This document shows, piece by piece, positions 34,001 through 43,420 of a stretch of DNA of 64,000 bases. Under the pieces are notes generated by a model. The model had not been told where the DNA came from and ran no database searches. It worked only from the letters and a program-made list of their open reading frames with translations. Both the position numbers and the translations under genes were made by a program. Source of the stretch: Macrostomum lignano (lineage: Eukaryota); NCBI GenBank assembly GCA_002269645.1, contig NIVC01001197.1, forward strand, positions 119,269-183,268, written 5' to 3'. Every line of letters begins with the position of its first letter. Positions within the stretch are counted from its first letter, which is position 1.

Positions 34001-37000
34001 CCGTCGTTATCGCGCATGATGGAGTCGGGCAGGCGTTCCTGGGGTCTGTCGTTTCTGGCGTCGGGCCTTTCAGCATCCTTTGCCGTGCCGAGAGCTTCGA
34101 GGTTGGACATGCCGTCCGGAAGTTGGTCGAGGTGGAGCCCATCGTTGTTAGGGAAAGTGTTTGCAATGACCACTTGCGAGGAGCCGAGGAAGCCGTTGAG
34201 ACGAGAGGCTGTGGTGTCGAGGGAGCCGTCGAGGATGGCCCCGAAGGGTGTCGGGCAGGCTGTGAGAGTCGGTCGAAGCGCTTGGGCGGGTACGTTAGGG
34301 CTGATAGGCTGACTGGCGTCGCTGCAGGGACAAGAACTCTTGGGCTCTTGGCTGGCAGTGGAACTTAACTTCGCGGCTGGGCGAGATGTAATGTCGGCGC
34401 AAGGAGCGGGGTCAGGTTGATAGGCGTCCGACGATAAGCGATTGCCGGTGCTGCGGGTTTGTGGCGGCTGGGAACTGGCGTTGCCCAGAAGGATGGCGGA
34501 AGCGAAGGGCGCAGCCGGCGGGGTAGTGGAAGCGGCTCTGAGCGTCTTCAGCTTGCAGTCGAGGTGGCCCTGGAGCTGTGTCATAGTTGGCATGAGAGGC
34601 TGCCCGTTGGCAGCACGAAGGTTGCGGATCTCGTTCTGCAGCTCGATCGGGAGGCGGCTCCAGAGTGCGTAGACGTAGCCGTCGATGGTGCAGGCGAGCT
34701 CGCCAAGGCGGAGGAGCTGGCCGGTAGCGAGTTGGAGGGCGTCGGTGTAGGTCTCGAGCTCGTCTACGTCAGAGGCGGAGCTGCAGTATAGTCCGAGGAG
34801 GCGTTGGAAGCAGGTGTTTTTCTGCTCCTGGGCGTCGGCGTAATTAGCCTGGAGGACGCGGCAGGCCTCGGTGTAGGCGTTCGGTTGGTAGGCATTGAGG
34901 GCGCCCAGCTTCCTGAGGGCGGGGCCGGATAGGAGACCGCGGAGTGCCTCGAACTTGTCGACGTCGTTGAGGCTGGATTGATCGACGCGGTAGATAAAGG
35001 CGTCCCAGAACCCGGGAAATGCGGCAGGGTCGGTGCCGTCGAATGTCGGGAGACGGACCTTCTGGAGAGTGGTGGAGCGGATGAGCCCGGCCGGATCGTG
35101 AGCATCTGATGCGGGCGTTGAGGCAGTTGGTGTTGAGGCTGGACGGACGGTGGCGGCGAGCTGTTGAATGAGCTGCTGGTTCTGCTGCATCATCGCAGTC
35201 ATTGAGGCGATGAGGGCGTTTACGTCGACGGAGGCAGTGGGAGCTGTTGCAGGGATCGGAGCTGAGGACGGAGCAGCGGAAGGAGCGGATGTCGTGGCGG
35301 ATGAAGCGGCTGGCGGCGGGTCGCTGCTTTCGGCGGGTGGCTGCTCCGCGGCAGTGGTCGCTTCAGCAGAGCCTGAGAGGTGGTCCGACTGCTGGGTCTG
35401 GTCGCCAGATTGGTCCGTTGTCGATTGTGTAATGACCATGATAACCACGCTCTGCTACCAAAATTGTCGAATAGACAATAAACTAATAAAACGAGATATA
35501 AGTGGTGCAGAAAGGAAGAGAGGTGAAAGAAGTGAAGGGCCAAGCCGCGGGTTGAAGTTGTATTTATACTAACAATGATGAACAGGCCAGCCAAATTGCC
35601 TGACCAATGTGTGCAACATGCACAACTCAGCTTGCAGATTTTCGGCATCCAAATCAACCGAGTGATAAGCCATCAGCGACACTGGAATCGAATTCGGTGG
35701 TGTTCCATTAGCAGCTCCGATAAGCAGGTTCTCTATGTCCGTAAGTGTCTGATAAGCTTTCGGATTAAATCAGCATTTTAATTCTTCAATCACGGCGTCA
35801 ATTGCTGTGCAGTACTAAATTTTGTATAGTACTTCTCAGCGTCGCGGCTTCCAATCTCACTGGCTGATTCAGGATTGGTACACAGCCTCGAAGACCTTGC
35901 ACTAGGCGGATTGTGGCATGTCGTTCTCTCGGCAGCCTTGGCTCGATACCGAAATCCTTGGCACTCTCTACAGCAGCACGAAATCGCTCATGGAACATGT
36001 TTCGCTCGCGCAGTAAAGCACCCTTCAAACAGTCAACACCAGTCATGGTGCTCTGTGCAGTAGCGCTAGCACTCTGCATGCTGATGGCCAGTTGCTTCGC
36101 AAGTAAAAATATTCCTCTTGCCGTGTACATTCCAAAGTACCTTCTGGAGATATAATGCCTTTGATCTAATCTCTTCAGACGATTCCGTAGCGATTTCACC
36201 AAGGCAGTCGAGCACGGGCTGGTAGCTGCGCAGAAGAGATGTTATTGACTGCTAAATGCTGAGTTTTCCAAGACTGCCGATATTTATCGATAATCCGTTC
36301 ACCTCTGTCGAGTGCTTCGATCACAAACCAAAGGCATTCGTTCGACAGTATAAAATATGTTCCACAATTCTGGAGCTGATCTTGCTCTTCTGCAGCAGTT
36401 GTAAATTAAGCTATGGACCAAATAGATGCTTGTTGAACCAAATCAAATGCCGATGTGCCAGCCTTGCTACCATGAACAAAAGCTCCATTACATTGGCAAG
36501 CGTATCTTGGATTAAATTAAATGCGCGTCAGCTCAAATTGGCTGCAAAATGCTATACCCAATGCAATGCAGATAAGTCAAACTCCTACATTAACAAATGC
36601 GCTTATCAACGGACTGTTGTGTAACAATGCCAAATTGAAAAAATGTGCAGGGACGCTAAACTTTGCGCGACTGCATTAGCGCGACTGGAAATTGCGCAAC
36701 CTGGAATTGAAGCGACTTCTTTCTAGCTACTTGAATCCGTGCGATTTCATTAGAGCGACTGGATTTTGAACAATATGAAATCTAAGCGACTGGATTTCGC
36801 GTGACTGAATTTCAAGCGACTAGATTTAAATACATTTACACTTGCGAATACTCCTATCCTAACCCTTTAACTCAAATCCAGTCGCGCGAAATCTAGTCGC
36901 GAGAAATCGGTCGCTTTTATTTTAAGTCGTGTGAAATCTGCGAAATCCGATTCGCGCAAAATCCAGTCACGCAAATTCTAGCGTCCCAATGTGCATAGAA

Positions 37001-40000
37001 CTTTTAGTATCTCACAAAAGATAAGCCACTTTGCACTGAGTCAAAGGATCACTTACTGATAGCATATACGTACCTTAAACGACTATAACTGACTGCTTTC
37101 AGATGTAAATAATAATACATGCGGCACGATCAGTTATGCAAATTCATCAAATGTGTCTGGAGTCATCGAGAGCCACAAGGGCTACAAAGCCGTCACCGTA
37201 CATCAGCCGCATATCAATTCAATATACGCGCCCAATTTAAGCTGCCTGTGGACACTGCCTAAACGCCATGGATTCTACATCTATCTCTTTATCAAAACCT
37301 TCCGCCTTAGCATGGGTGACTGCCTAAAATTTGTAACGAAGCACTCCTCAAATGCCAGTGAGCCTGGCAGTGATAGAGATTTGCAGTATTGCAGTACCTA
37401 TTACGGCAAAAACGTACACTGGGTGACAACAGGAGACGCGCATATTTCGTTTAGAACTGACAGTCTTCATGAATCAATCGGATTCTCTATTCAGTTTTAC
37501 TATGAGCAAGGTTTGTGTCTTTCGCTAATTTACAATAATAAAAAACATTTAGAAACATATCGTTTTTGAATCATCCATTTAATTTTAGCTTGTCCCAGCG
37601 TTCAAAAATGGAACTCCGACAATGGTGAAGTAGTTAGTCACACCAACGCTGGAAAAACGCACTACTTGAACTCCATAGCATGTAATTGGCAAATTTCTGT
37701 GTCGCCGGGCAAACAAGTAATCGCCTGGTTAGCTGAAGTGAAAACCAACTGGTGGTCCGACTTCATCACATTATACGATGGTCTTAACGGTTCAAGAACT
37801 TACCCCCAAAATTTTTATGCCGAAATCGGATACCGGTTCACCACTAATAGCGTAAGGTTAAGGTTCACAACTGATGCCACTGGGCATTCCTACGGCTTTC
37901 GATTGCAATACAGCATTGTGGATAACTGTAAGTGAGAGTTTAGTCAGAGCAGTAGGAGACATCTAGGATAAAATATAAAAAAATTGAATCCTTCTTTTGG
38001 TTTTTAGTCTGCGACGGTTCGAAGATTCTTAAAGCCAACCAAGGCAAATTTTTTACCCATAACAACTCATCATCCCGCTACTATCTGGGAAATATGAGTT
38101 GCTACTGGAACATTACCGCACCATTGGGATACAAGGTAGTGGCTCAGTTTGTATCATTCTTCCACCTCGGCCAGTATGACTACGTCGACATTCTTGAAGG
38201 ACTTCAAGGCTCGCCAAGAATCGCAAGATTCACCATATACAACAGTACACGTGCGTTTATTAGTTCACGAATTTTCGTTTCAAAGTCAAATTCAATGCTT
38301 GTACATTTCAAGTCCTATCCAACGGGTGGCAAAGGCCTTGGCTTCGGGATGAAGTACAACACAACTGAAAAATGTAAGCAAAGCTTTCAAGTGTGACTCA
38401 ATTATTTCGATAACCAAGTCCAGTATAGTCCCATCTTGAGGGTAATTAATCTTAATAATTGATCCTAAAAGTACTGCGTCTAAATCTTGTTATTAATAAA
38501 CTCCCCGTAAAAACAATCAAATTTTATGCAATGCCAAACGTATGCATATGCATATGTATATGTACTCGTAGATGCAAATGTACGCCTTTACCGCTTACAA
38601 TACTGATACATACGTGTGACAGTATTACGAGCTACACGTAAAAGGAATGCATTTCATCTTCATGAGCTACATTTTTACTTTTTTATTTTTGACTTCTACT
38701 TACTACCAGTCTGTCAAGGCACGGAGCTTCTGACCAACGACACTGGAGAGCTGGTCAGCCACTCGTCTGCAGGCATTATGGGCTTCTTAATCAGCTCGGA
38801 CTGCTACTGGGTGATCAGGGTATCTCCGTCAAAGCGAGTGGTGGCTCGCTTTACTTTTTTTAACCTTACTTCTCGTTATGAAAGCGTTACGCTGTTCGAC
38901 GGAGCCAATGGTTCAACAGTTCTGGCCACCCTATCGAGCAGCTTCTCGGACACAACGCAGGATTTCATAACGACAGAAAACGTCTTGACCGTGCATCTAC
39001 ACATTCCAGAGAGTAGCTATCGATCACTCGGAATCAAAATGAAATACGAAGCTGCAGATACCTGTGAGTATTATTTTTACTATATTGGGTGTGCTAAAAT
39101 ATGTCTATTTTAACTTACATTGGTACATATCTACATGCTGATTAAGTTTTACTAATTTTGTTTTATTTTTATTTTCTTTGTAATAGTAAGGACGTGTTGC
39201 GACGCATTATTCCTAAATAACTTTCTAAAAATATCCGCAGTGCCAGCAACAACCAGTTCGGAGCAGGCGTCTCCTACCACAGCACGCGCTGTGGTCAGCA
39301 GCCCAAATTCGCCATCAACTGGAAAAGTTATACCAGAAACAAGCTCTGTCCCTGAGTCGGCTACAACTGGTGGAAAACTGTCCAAAACAGGTAGGAAATT
39401 CATTTCAAGCAATTTTTTGTTGATGTTCTCTGTAATATGGTAAGTGTATAATAAAGCTTATAAAGAATGTTCTTGAAATTTTGCAGAGCCGGCAACAACC
39501 AGTTCAAAGCAGACGACATCAGCTACAACACGGGCTGTTGTCAGCAGCCAAATTTCGCGAACAACTTTAAAAATAAAATCAGAAACAAGTTTCGCTCCGG
39601 AGTCGGCAACAACTGAAAAACTGTCACAAACGGGTAGGAGATTCATTTCAAGCAAGCTTAGCTAATGATATAAAAAGCTTTAAACGTTTGCGTGCATGCA
39701 TGCGCTCGTACATAGTGTTTTTATTTGATGCGTGCTAATTGCTAGTAGCGCAGTTAGTAAATGTCTTTACAAAATGACACAAATCGATTCATTCATGAAT
39801 TTTTCAGAACCCAAAGAATCTTTACCGATTTATATTCTCGTCCTAGCAATTGCTGTTCCATCGGCTGCAGTTGCAATTAATGCTGCAATAGTTGGAATTG
39901 TCATCCACAAGGTTTTATTCGCGAATTTTAAAGTAATATTCAATGAGTTCATTAGTAAATCCAATTTTTACATCATTTGACATTGTATCAATCATTTTAG

Positions 40001-40348
40001 TATCTTCAGAATCTGAAGCGACTCAAAACTCACTCGCATTCTAATACTGAGGTTAGAAATTTACAATGGTTTTGCTGTCATGCATTCTCGCAACTACAAT
40101 AATGCTAATTACGTTTCTAACAAAAATTACAGGTCTGCGACTGTTCATATGCACCTAAGACAACGTCAGCGGAAAATGTAGCTGTAATATTTCCAGCAAA
40201 TTTTTACCTATTAATAATTTTGATTTCGTCGACATCGCGCTAAAATAAACTGAAATTATTATTCCCTCAGAACGAAGAAAACCCCTATACAGTAGCCGAC
40301 AAACTCGACAACACTACAGAGAGGAATATCGGCGAGGACGACAGCTAG
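9678..40348 (+). CDS. Gene 1 span: single-pass type I membrane protein with >=7 CUB domains, S/T stalk, TM and Tyr-containing tail (5' end not in window)
   Basis: Thirteen exons with AG/GT boundaries join in one frame (3125 nt, ~1040 aa) to TAG at 40346-40348. All CUB exons are phase 1-1 with lengths divisible by 3. Confidence 0.85.
10628..10987 (+). CDS. Gene 1 CUB exon (type C)
   Basis: ttcag|AT TGT; CPDNHNMTNSTGEIISHSG..CEWYITAP..GLGFRFHY; AAA T|gtaagt. Confidence 0.9.
11380..11646. mobile_element. MITE (~267 bp, TIR GGCCTTTTCA)
   Basis: ggccttttca...tgaaaaggcc. It is absent from the homologous intron of gene 2 (~52020-52060), and a second inverted copy lies at 12262-12533. Confidence 0.65.
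12262..12533. mobile_element. Second copy of the same MITE in opposite orientation
   Basis: Reverse complement of 11380-11646 over its length, visibly diverged. Confidence 0.65.
12557..12929 (+). mobile_element. tRNA-derived SINE
   Basis: GGGGGCTG-TAGCCTAGTAG (A box)...GGCTCAATTCC (B box)-AAGTGCAGCCAC head at 12557-12630, a ~300-bp body and an A-rich end. Confidence 0.65.
14817..16124 (-). mobile_element. Mariner (DD34D) element, degenerate transposase
   Basis: TIRs caagggttgtttgaaaagttcgtg / cacgaactttctgtacaacccttg with TA on both sides. Motifs HSGRP, WVPKLL, IVTGD and DNAKPY-34aa-D (HPPYLPDLALSD); multiple stops. Confidence 0.92.
16440..18558. mobile_element. Non-autonomous hAT element hosting a DD37D insertion
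   Basis: Termini TAGAGATTGCA / TGCAATCCCTA, exact 8-bp TSD TATATGGC (16432-16439 and 18559-18566), subterminal GGGATCCC repeats. Confidence 0.9.
16756..18062 (-). mobile_element. Tc1/mariner DD37D (maT) element, disrupted transposase
   Basis: TIRs ccaggtgtgcacattgaaacg / catttcaatgcatgcacctgg. Motifs FSDEK and QQDGA-37aa-D (WPPSSPDLNPLD). N-terminal remnant at 17850-18044. Inserted in a TACTA-rich minisatellite. Confidence 0.92.
18892..22602 (-). mobile_element. Full-length P-element/THAP9-family transposon (3711 bp), transposase pseudogene
   Basis: ~36-bp TIRs CACAGAATAT..CAGAATGGCGAATCAGCAGTTTT and an exact 8-bp TSD GTATAAAT. THAP N-terminus MTASASRLRCAAYGCPN..RFHAF with an intron at 21827-21898. 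Core motifs LDGM, VCDQ, DLPHCMKNMRNAL, KMSVKLAAQ, TQDHVKNGFS. Confidence 0.95.
19329..22007 (-). pseudogene. THAP-domain P-element transposase with frameshifts and stops
   Basis: ORFs 19329-20672, 20703-20897, 20916-21290 and 21399-21755 are collinear parts. The catalytic Glu of the QDxxENxF motif reads Lys. Confidence 0.9.
22839..23014. repeat. ~175-bp imperfect palindrome centred on CACGTG
   Basis: Arms gcgcaaccttgggattcacc..ctattggcaacaca.. and their reverse complement, centre at 22924-22929. Confidence 0.85.
23575..24891 (-). mobile_element. Second mariner (DD34D-type) element, degenerate
   Basis: TIRs caaggggtgatcaaaaagtt / aactttttgatcacccctcg with flanking TA. DNAAPH..HPPYSLDLVPCN (third Asp reads Asn). 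Confidence 0.92.
26135..26485 (+). CDS. Gene 1 CUB exon (type A')
   Basis: ttcag|CC TGT; IISHYG..YANNMDCYWHINVPVGQRI..VFDG..FTTDSACTRDGF; AAT G|gtaagc. Confidence 0.9.
27715..28310. repeat. (GGAT/AGAT)n microsatellite tracts; the second sits in a possible Helentron-type non-autonomous element (~28036-28310)
   Basis: Tracts at 27715-27795 and 28112-28275, with an imperfect terminal hairpin agcccttc-gcttgg-gaggggct before an A run. Confidence 0.5.
28605..29530. repeat. Degenerate ~30-bp minisatellite (CAGCAATTCCCCCAGTAAGCCTTGACAT-like) with embedded TAACCC-like tracts
   Basis: Periodic cagcaatt..agccttga motifs; ctaagcccctaaccctaaccc at ~28988-29010. Confidence 0.75.
30010..31154 (+). mobile_element. 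hAT transposon 3' fragment (C-terminal dimerisation domain plus right end)
   Basis: LMAIPATSVEAERAFSAAGILLTKVRSKLSD, stop at 30745-30747. GGGATCCCGGGA subterminal repeats at 31068-31135 and terminus GGGATCCCTA at 31154. Left end not found. Confidence 0.85.
33250..35439 (-). CDS. BEL/Pao Gag + N-terminal RT fusion ORF (~730 aa, no stops)
   Basis: LQKVRLPTFDG..FWDAF..DVDKFEALRGLLSG (Gag); TPFGAIL; LPHFPVLKESSNTTKIRPVVDAS..LNDLLEPGPNLL..DLKATFYQI..YVDN (RT). First ATG at 35439. Confidence 0.85.
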   Translation of the reverse strand: MVITQSTTDQSGDQTQQSDHLSGSAEATTAAEQPPAESSDPPPAASSATTSAPSAAPSSAPIPATAPTASVDVNALIASMTAMMQQNQQLIQQLAATVRPASTPTASTPASDAHDPAGLIRSTTLQKVRLPTFDGTDPAAFPGFWDAFIYRVDQSSLNDVDKFEALRGLLSGPALRKLGALNAYQPNAYTEACRVLQANYADAQEQKNTCFQRLLGLYCSSASDVDELETYTDALQLATGQLLRLGELACTIDGYVYALWSRLPIELQNEIRNLRAANGQPLMPTMTQLQGHLDCKLKTLRAASTTPPAAPFASAILLGNASSQPPQTRSTGNRLSSDAYQPDPAPCADITSRPAAKLSSTASQEPKSSCPCSDASQPISPNVPAQALRPTLTACPTPFGAILDGSLDTTASRLNGFLGSSQVVIANTFPNNDGLHLDQLPDGMSNLEALGTAKDAERPDARNDRPQERLPDSIMRDNDGRISVDLPFEPGAELLPSNFGQAFGRAQATHRRLSLPEREAYYAEFEKRKQGGVLERVSPGQVAGPVIQTLPHFPVLKESSNTTKIRPVVDASTKTSLAGATLNDLLEPGPNLLTSMLQVLLVQRAHQFGISSDLKATFYQIGVHKPHRDVLRIILPKYITKPLVQGNFELWRFTRIVMGASPKAWILLAVLHKICLDAINSGDSDLTQSELERIIGSLYVDNLVIGADTKEDAARLVCRLGFRPGIVTT
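35443..35460 (-). promoter_or_regulatory. Primer-binding site complementary to initiator tRNA-Met 3' end
   Basis: Minus strand TGGTAGCAGAGCGTGGTT, 4 nt inside the 5' LTR end. Confidence 0.9.
36650..36987. mobile_element. 338-bp foldback-like MITE
   Basis: TIR GGGACGCTA/TAGCGTCCC, 8-bp TSD AATGTGCA on both sides, internal GCGACTGGA repeats inverted between the two halves. Confidence 0.9.
37103..37510 (+). CDS. Gene 1 CUB exon (type B')
   Basis: ttcag|AT GTA; TCG..SGVIESHKGY..LSCLWTLP..GDCL..YCST..FRTDSLHESIGF; CAA G|gtttgt. Confidence 0.88.
37589..37927 (+). CDS. Gene 1 CUB exon (type C')
   Basis: tttag|CT TGT; CPSVQKWNSDNGEVVSH..ACNWQI..LYDG..FTTDATGHSYGF; AAC T|gtaagt. Confidence 0.9.
38008..38373 (+). 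CDS. Gene 1 CUB exon
   Basis: tttag|TC TGC; YLGNMSCYWNITAPLG..YDYVDILEG..GLGFGMKY; AAA T|gtaagc. Confidence 0.9.
38710..39063 (+). CDS. Gene 1 CUB exon (membrane-proximal)
   Basis: accag|TC TGT; GELVSHSS..SDCYWVIRV..YESVTLFDG..LGIKMKY; ACC T|gtgagt. Confidence 0.9.
39241..39390 (+). CDS. Gene 1 Ser/Thr/Pro-rich stalk exon 1
   Basis: cgcag|TG CCA; PATTSSEQASPTTARAVVSS..; ACA G|gtagga. Confidence 0.8.
39487..39633 (+). CDS. Gene 1 Ser/Thr-rich stalk exon 2 (duplicate of exon 1)
   Basis: tgcag|AG CCG; PATTSSKQTTSATTRAVVSS..; ACG G|gtagga. Confidence 0.8.
39808..39911 (+). CDS. Gene 1 transmembrane exon
   Basis: ttcag|AA CCC; LPIYILVLAIAVPSAAVAINAAIVGIVIHK; AAG|gtttta. Confidence 0.85.
40010..40348 (+). 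CDS. Gene 1 cytoplasmic exons (40010-40051, 40133-40183, 40271-40348)
   Basis: Phase-0 exons give NLKRLKTHSHSNTE|VCDCSYAPKTTSAENVA|NEENPYTVADKLDNTTERNIGEDDS*. The middle donor could alternatively be after 40177. Confidence 0.65.
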
Positions 40349-40833
40349 TACAACTCTGTTTGCACGTTGCCGCAAGGAGAGCCACAGCTCAACCTGCAGC
40401 ACAGCACATTTAAATAATATGAGATGCGAAGGCAGGGCTAGAGGCTTGCTTGCAGTGACTATTTAGAAAAAAAAAACACTGGGCACGTTTTCAACTTTTT
40501 ACTTAAAATAGCCATTAAAATTAAATACGCACGTACTAAACTGCATACAAAGCTACTCCAATCAGTTTTGCAAGCATTATGGTACTGGTACTTCAAAATC
40601 AAAGTTGGCTCGTATGTTTATCTGTCTGTTCGATGGAAATAAGGATTCTGGCATCTGAGCTACAGTTTAAAGTTTCTGACTAAGGTAGTGAAATAGTTTA
40701 TTTAGTTCTTTATTTGGATCCTACATACTATTTAAATCATTGACTTTTACTCATCGTCTTGCAAACTTGAAAAAAAATAACTTCAACTGCTCATCTTGTT
40801 CTCAGACGTCACTTATAATCTATAGAGTAGAAA

Positions 40834-41004
40834 CTGGGGCGGATCCAGAGGGGGCCCAAGGCGGCCATGGCCCCTCAGCCAAGGGCAACAAATTTAGGCC
40901 ATATTTTTTTAGCCTGTAACTATGCAACGTGTATTTTTCAATATTGGGTCGTAGCGCTTTGCACAGCTTGCGCCAACCTCAAAATTTTTCAGGATCCAGG
41001 CGTG
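40834..41004. mobile_element. 171-bp hAT-type MITE
   Basis: ctggggcggatcc...ggatccaggcgtg with an exact 8-bp TSD AGTAGAAA. Confidence 0.85.
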
Positions 41005-42009
41005 AGTAGAAAAAAAATCTTTTTTGTGTATTCTTAACATACATTTTATATAACAGTTTTTAAGCAATTATTAAAAAATTATAAGGTCATTCTCCAGTTA
41101 TTAGTTTACAAATAAACGTTTTGTAGTCACTTTATTATCCATATTATCGTTATGTAAATTCCTGCGTAAAATTACTCACCAAATTTGTATGATGTGCGAT
41201 ATTCAGACGTTTTTACTTGAGTAGAATATATTGTTTTAATCAACTATTCCTGTTCCTACATCTTTCTCCCATCCTTTTATTTTTTTCCCACCCAGTTCGT
41301 CACAACTTCATAATGATTTTTTGTTATCGCCCGAGGTAGCTATTGTAAATTTTCAGGTTCGAAAATAGTTTTTTTTTGAATTCACGATATATTATCAGTT
41401 CTGTGTGAAATATGGCATAAAATTTCTCACCAATTCTTCGATATTCAGAGTTTTATCTTTGTCACAGGTTTCCGATTTTTTGCTATCTTAAATTGTCTAA
41501 AATTATTCAGACTTTGATATTTTATTTTTTAACAAACTCTCAAATTTTCGGAAGCACTGGCTTAAGTACTAATACTCCGCTGCTTAAGTATAATACTCTA
41601 CTTAAGTAGATAAAAGTAAAAATTGCTGAGTCCTGTTTGCCGTGCTTTTATTAATCATTGTTTCTTATTTATTCCGTTATTCGTTCGTTATTCCGTTATT
41701 CGTAGAGTGCTCTAATACAAAACAATAATTACGAGTATATTTATTCGAAGGTACTAAACTTTTTAGATCGACATGACAAAGAAAGCCAAAAACTTGTCTT
41801 TTGGAAAAACAAAAATATCTTTTTTGTATGGTTTGACCATTTAGTAGATGAAGCCATGGAGACGAAAAAAGACAATTTAACGTGCACTTTTCAAGCTGTA
41901 GACGACGCAGCGGAGTGCTATAGAGACGAGAAGGAAATGGTGCGGGGATTTTCAAGTATCCGCGCTGTCCAGCACGCCTCATAAAGCATCGATTGCACTC
42001 TTCGGGACT

Positions 42010-43420
42010 CTAACTAGATGGATCGAAGAAGCTGCTTGCGGTTGTTGACAATGACATCCGGTCAGTGACTAGGACGCCCAGATGGTTGCGCGGGGCCATG
42101 TTGTTTCCGTCCGCTAAAAACAGCAGTGGAGATTCGGCAATGCCAACATGCAGCTCCTCTGTCTTGCCGTAGTTAATGTGGTTACCACACTCTGTGCACC
42201 TTTGCGGCGCCAGCAGGTCAGCCCAAGATCGTCGGCGTAGGCGAGGCAGGTCAGCAATTGACACAGGTAAAGGGGGAGCTACGGCGTGGCACCACTTCGT
42301 CGTGCAGAGCCAGCCGCATGACGTAGTCGATCAGGATGACCAATAGTGTCGCCTTTGCAGGACCCCGGAGGTGATGGAAAATTGAGCTGTAAGGCCGTGG
42401 TCAGTCTGGACAAAAGTCTTGGTCGACCTGTAGAGGTCCATTGTCTCCTGAAGTAGCAGCTGAGGAGTTGCATGCTGCTGGAGGAGCCACGCAATGGCCG
42501 CCCAGCTGACGGAGTCAAAAGCTTTGCAGAAATCTACAAAGACAATTGACATCGTCTTTAGGCGAGTCTCGCAGGCGTCAATGATGCACCTAATTGCAGC
42601 GACTTGTTCTACTGTTGACAGTCCAGGTCGAAAGCCGCTCTGGGTGTTGAGAAGCCTCTGGTTGATGATGGGTTGAATGCGATTTCGAAGAATAGTGTTG
42701 AGGAATTGGTCCAGAGCGCACTCCAGGACGATGTCAAGCAAGTCTTTGAGGCCGCTGGAGTTGCTCTTATTAAGAATGGTCACGATCTTAGAAGCTCTCC
42801 ATCGCTCTGGGGCACTAGCAGTTGAGTCTCCACCCAGGCACCAGGAGCGGTTAAGGATTACAGGTATGACAGGCAGCAGCTCGAGCATCTTTGGGACACG
42901 CGGCGGGATGTCATCGATTTCCGCTACTGAATCTGCCCGCATGGTCACTTGAGCTTTGAAGACTTCATGGAAAATCGGAGAGCAATCGAAGTCGAATGGG
43001 CAGGCAGCTGGGGCATTGCAAACAGCATCACTGGGAGCTGCGGCATTGAGCACATTCCACAAGATGGAAGTGGCCCGCAATCAGCTGTAGGTGGTTCTGG
43101 ATGGAATCAGCTTTGATGATAGCATAATGTGTGGCTCGCCGTCCAGTGAAGCAGTCGATGGTGCACCAGGCCGCAGCATGACGGCAGTTGTCAGTAGCAG
43201 CCTCATGGATCTTCGTCACAGCTTCTTGGGTAGACAGCTCAGCAGCTTGAATGTGGGCAGTTTGCAGCGCCTCAGCCGCGGTGGAAAGAAGAACTGCTGC
43301 CAGTGCCATGCCGGGGAACTGCGGCTTGCATGTCTTGCCGGGCTCTGATGACGTCCGGATGAGAGTTCCATAGCTATACCCGACTGCTATACAGTTGCCT
43401 TCTGGTAGCGCAGCGGCCAA
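42010..43420 (-). pseudogene. Non-LTR (LINE) reverse transcriptase remnant, frameshifted and 3'-truncated; related sequence may extend to ~44200
   Basis: WRASKIVTI..QSGFRPGLSTVEQVAAIR..IVFVDFCKAFDSV..SGVLQ..WADLLA. An endonuclease domain was not confidently recognised. Confidence 0.8.

Larger units (their letters stand above)
32873..35602 (-). mobile_element. BEL/Pao LTR retrotransposon, internally deleted
   Basis: Complete 3' LTR at 32873-33262 (TG..CA on minus), 5' LTR remnant at 35465-35602, and a tRNA-iMet PBS. ORF with DUF1759-type Gag and partial RT. Confidence 0.92.
31928..36560 (-). mobile_element. ZMYM1-like hAT transposase remnant split by the BEL/Pao insertion
   Basis: TSATAERSFSAQRRVKSY..LMILHVHK (32654-32848) and FGIEPRLPRER..AIDAVIEELK (35700-36200). 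Probable terminus tagcggtgtcggaac..aaagtgggggggg at 31928. Confidence 0.75.
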
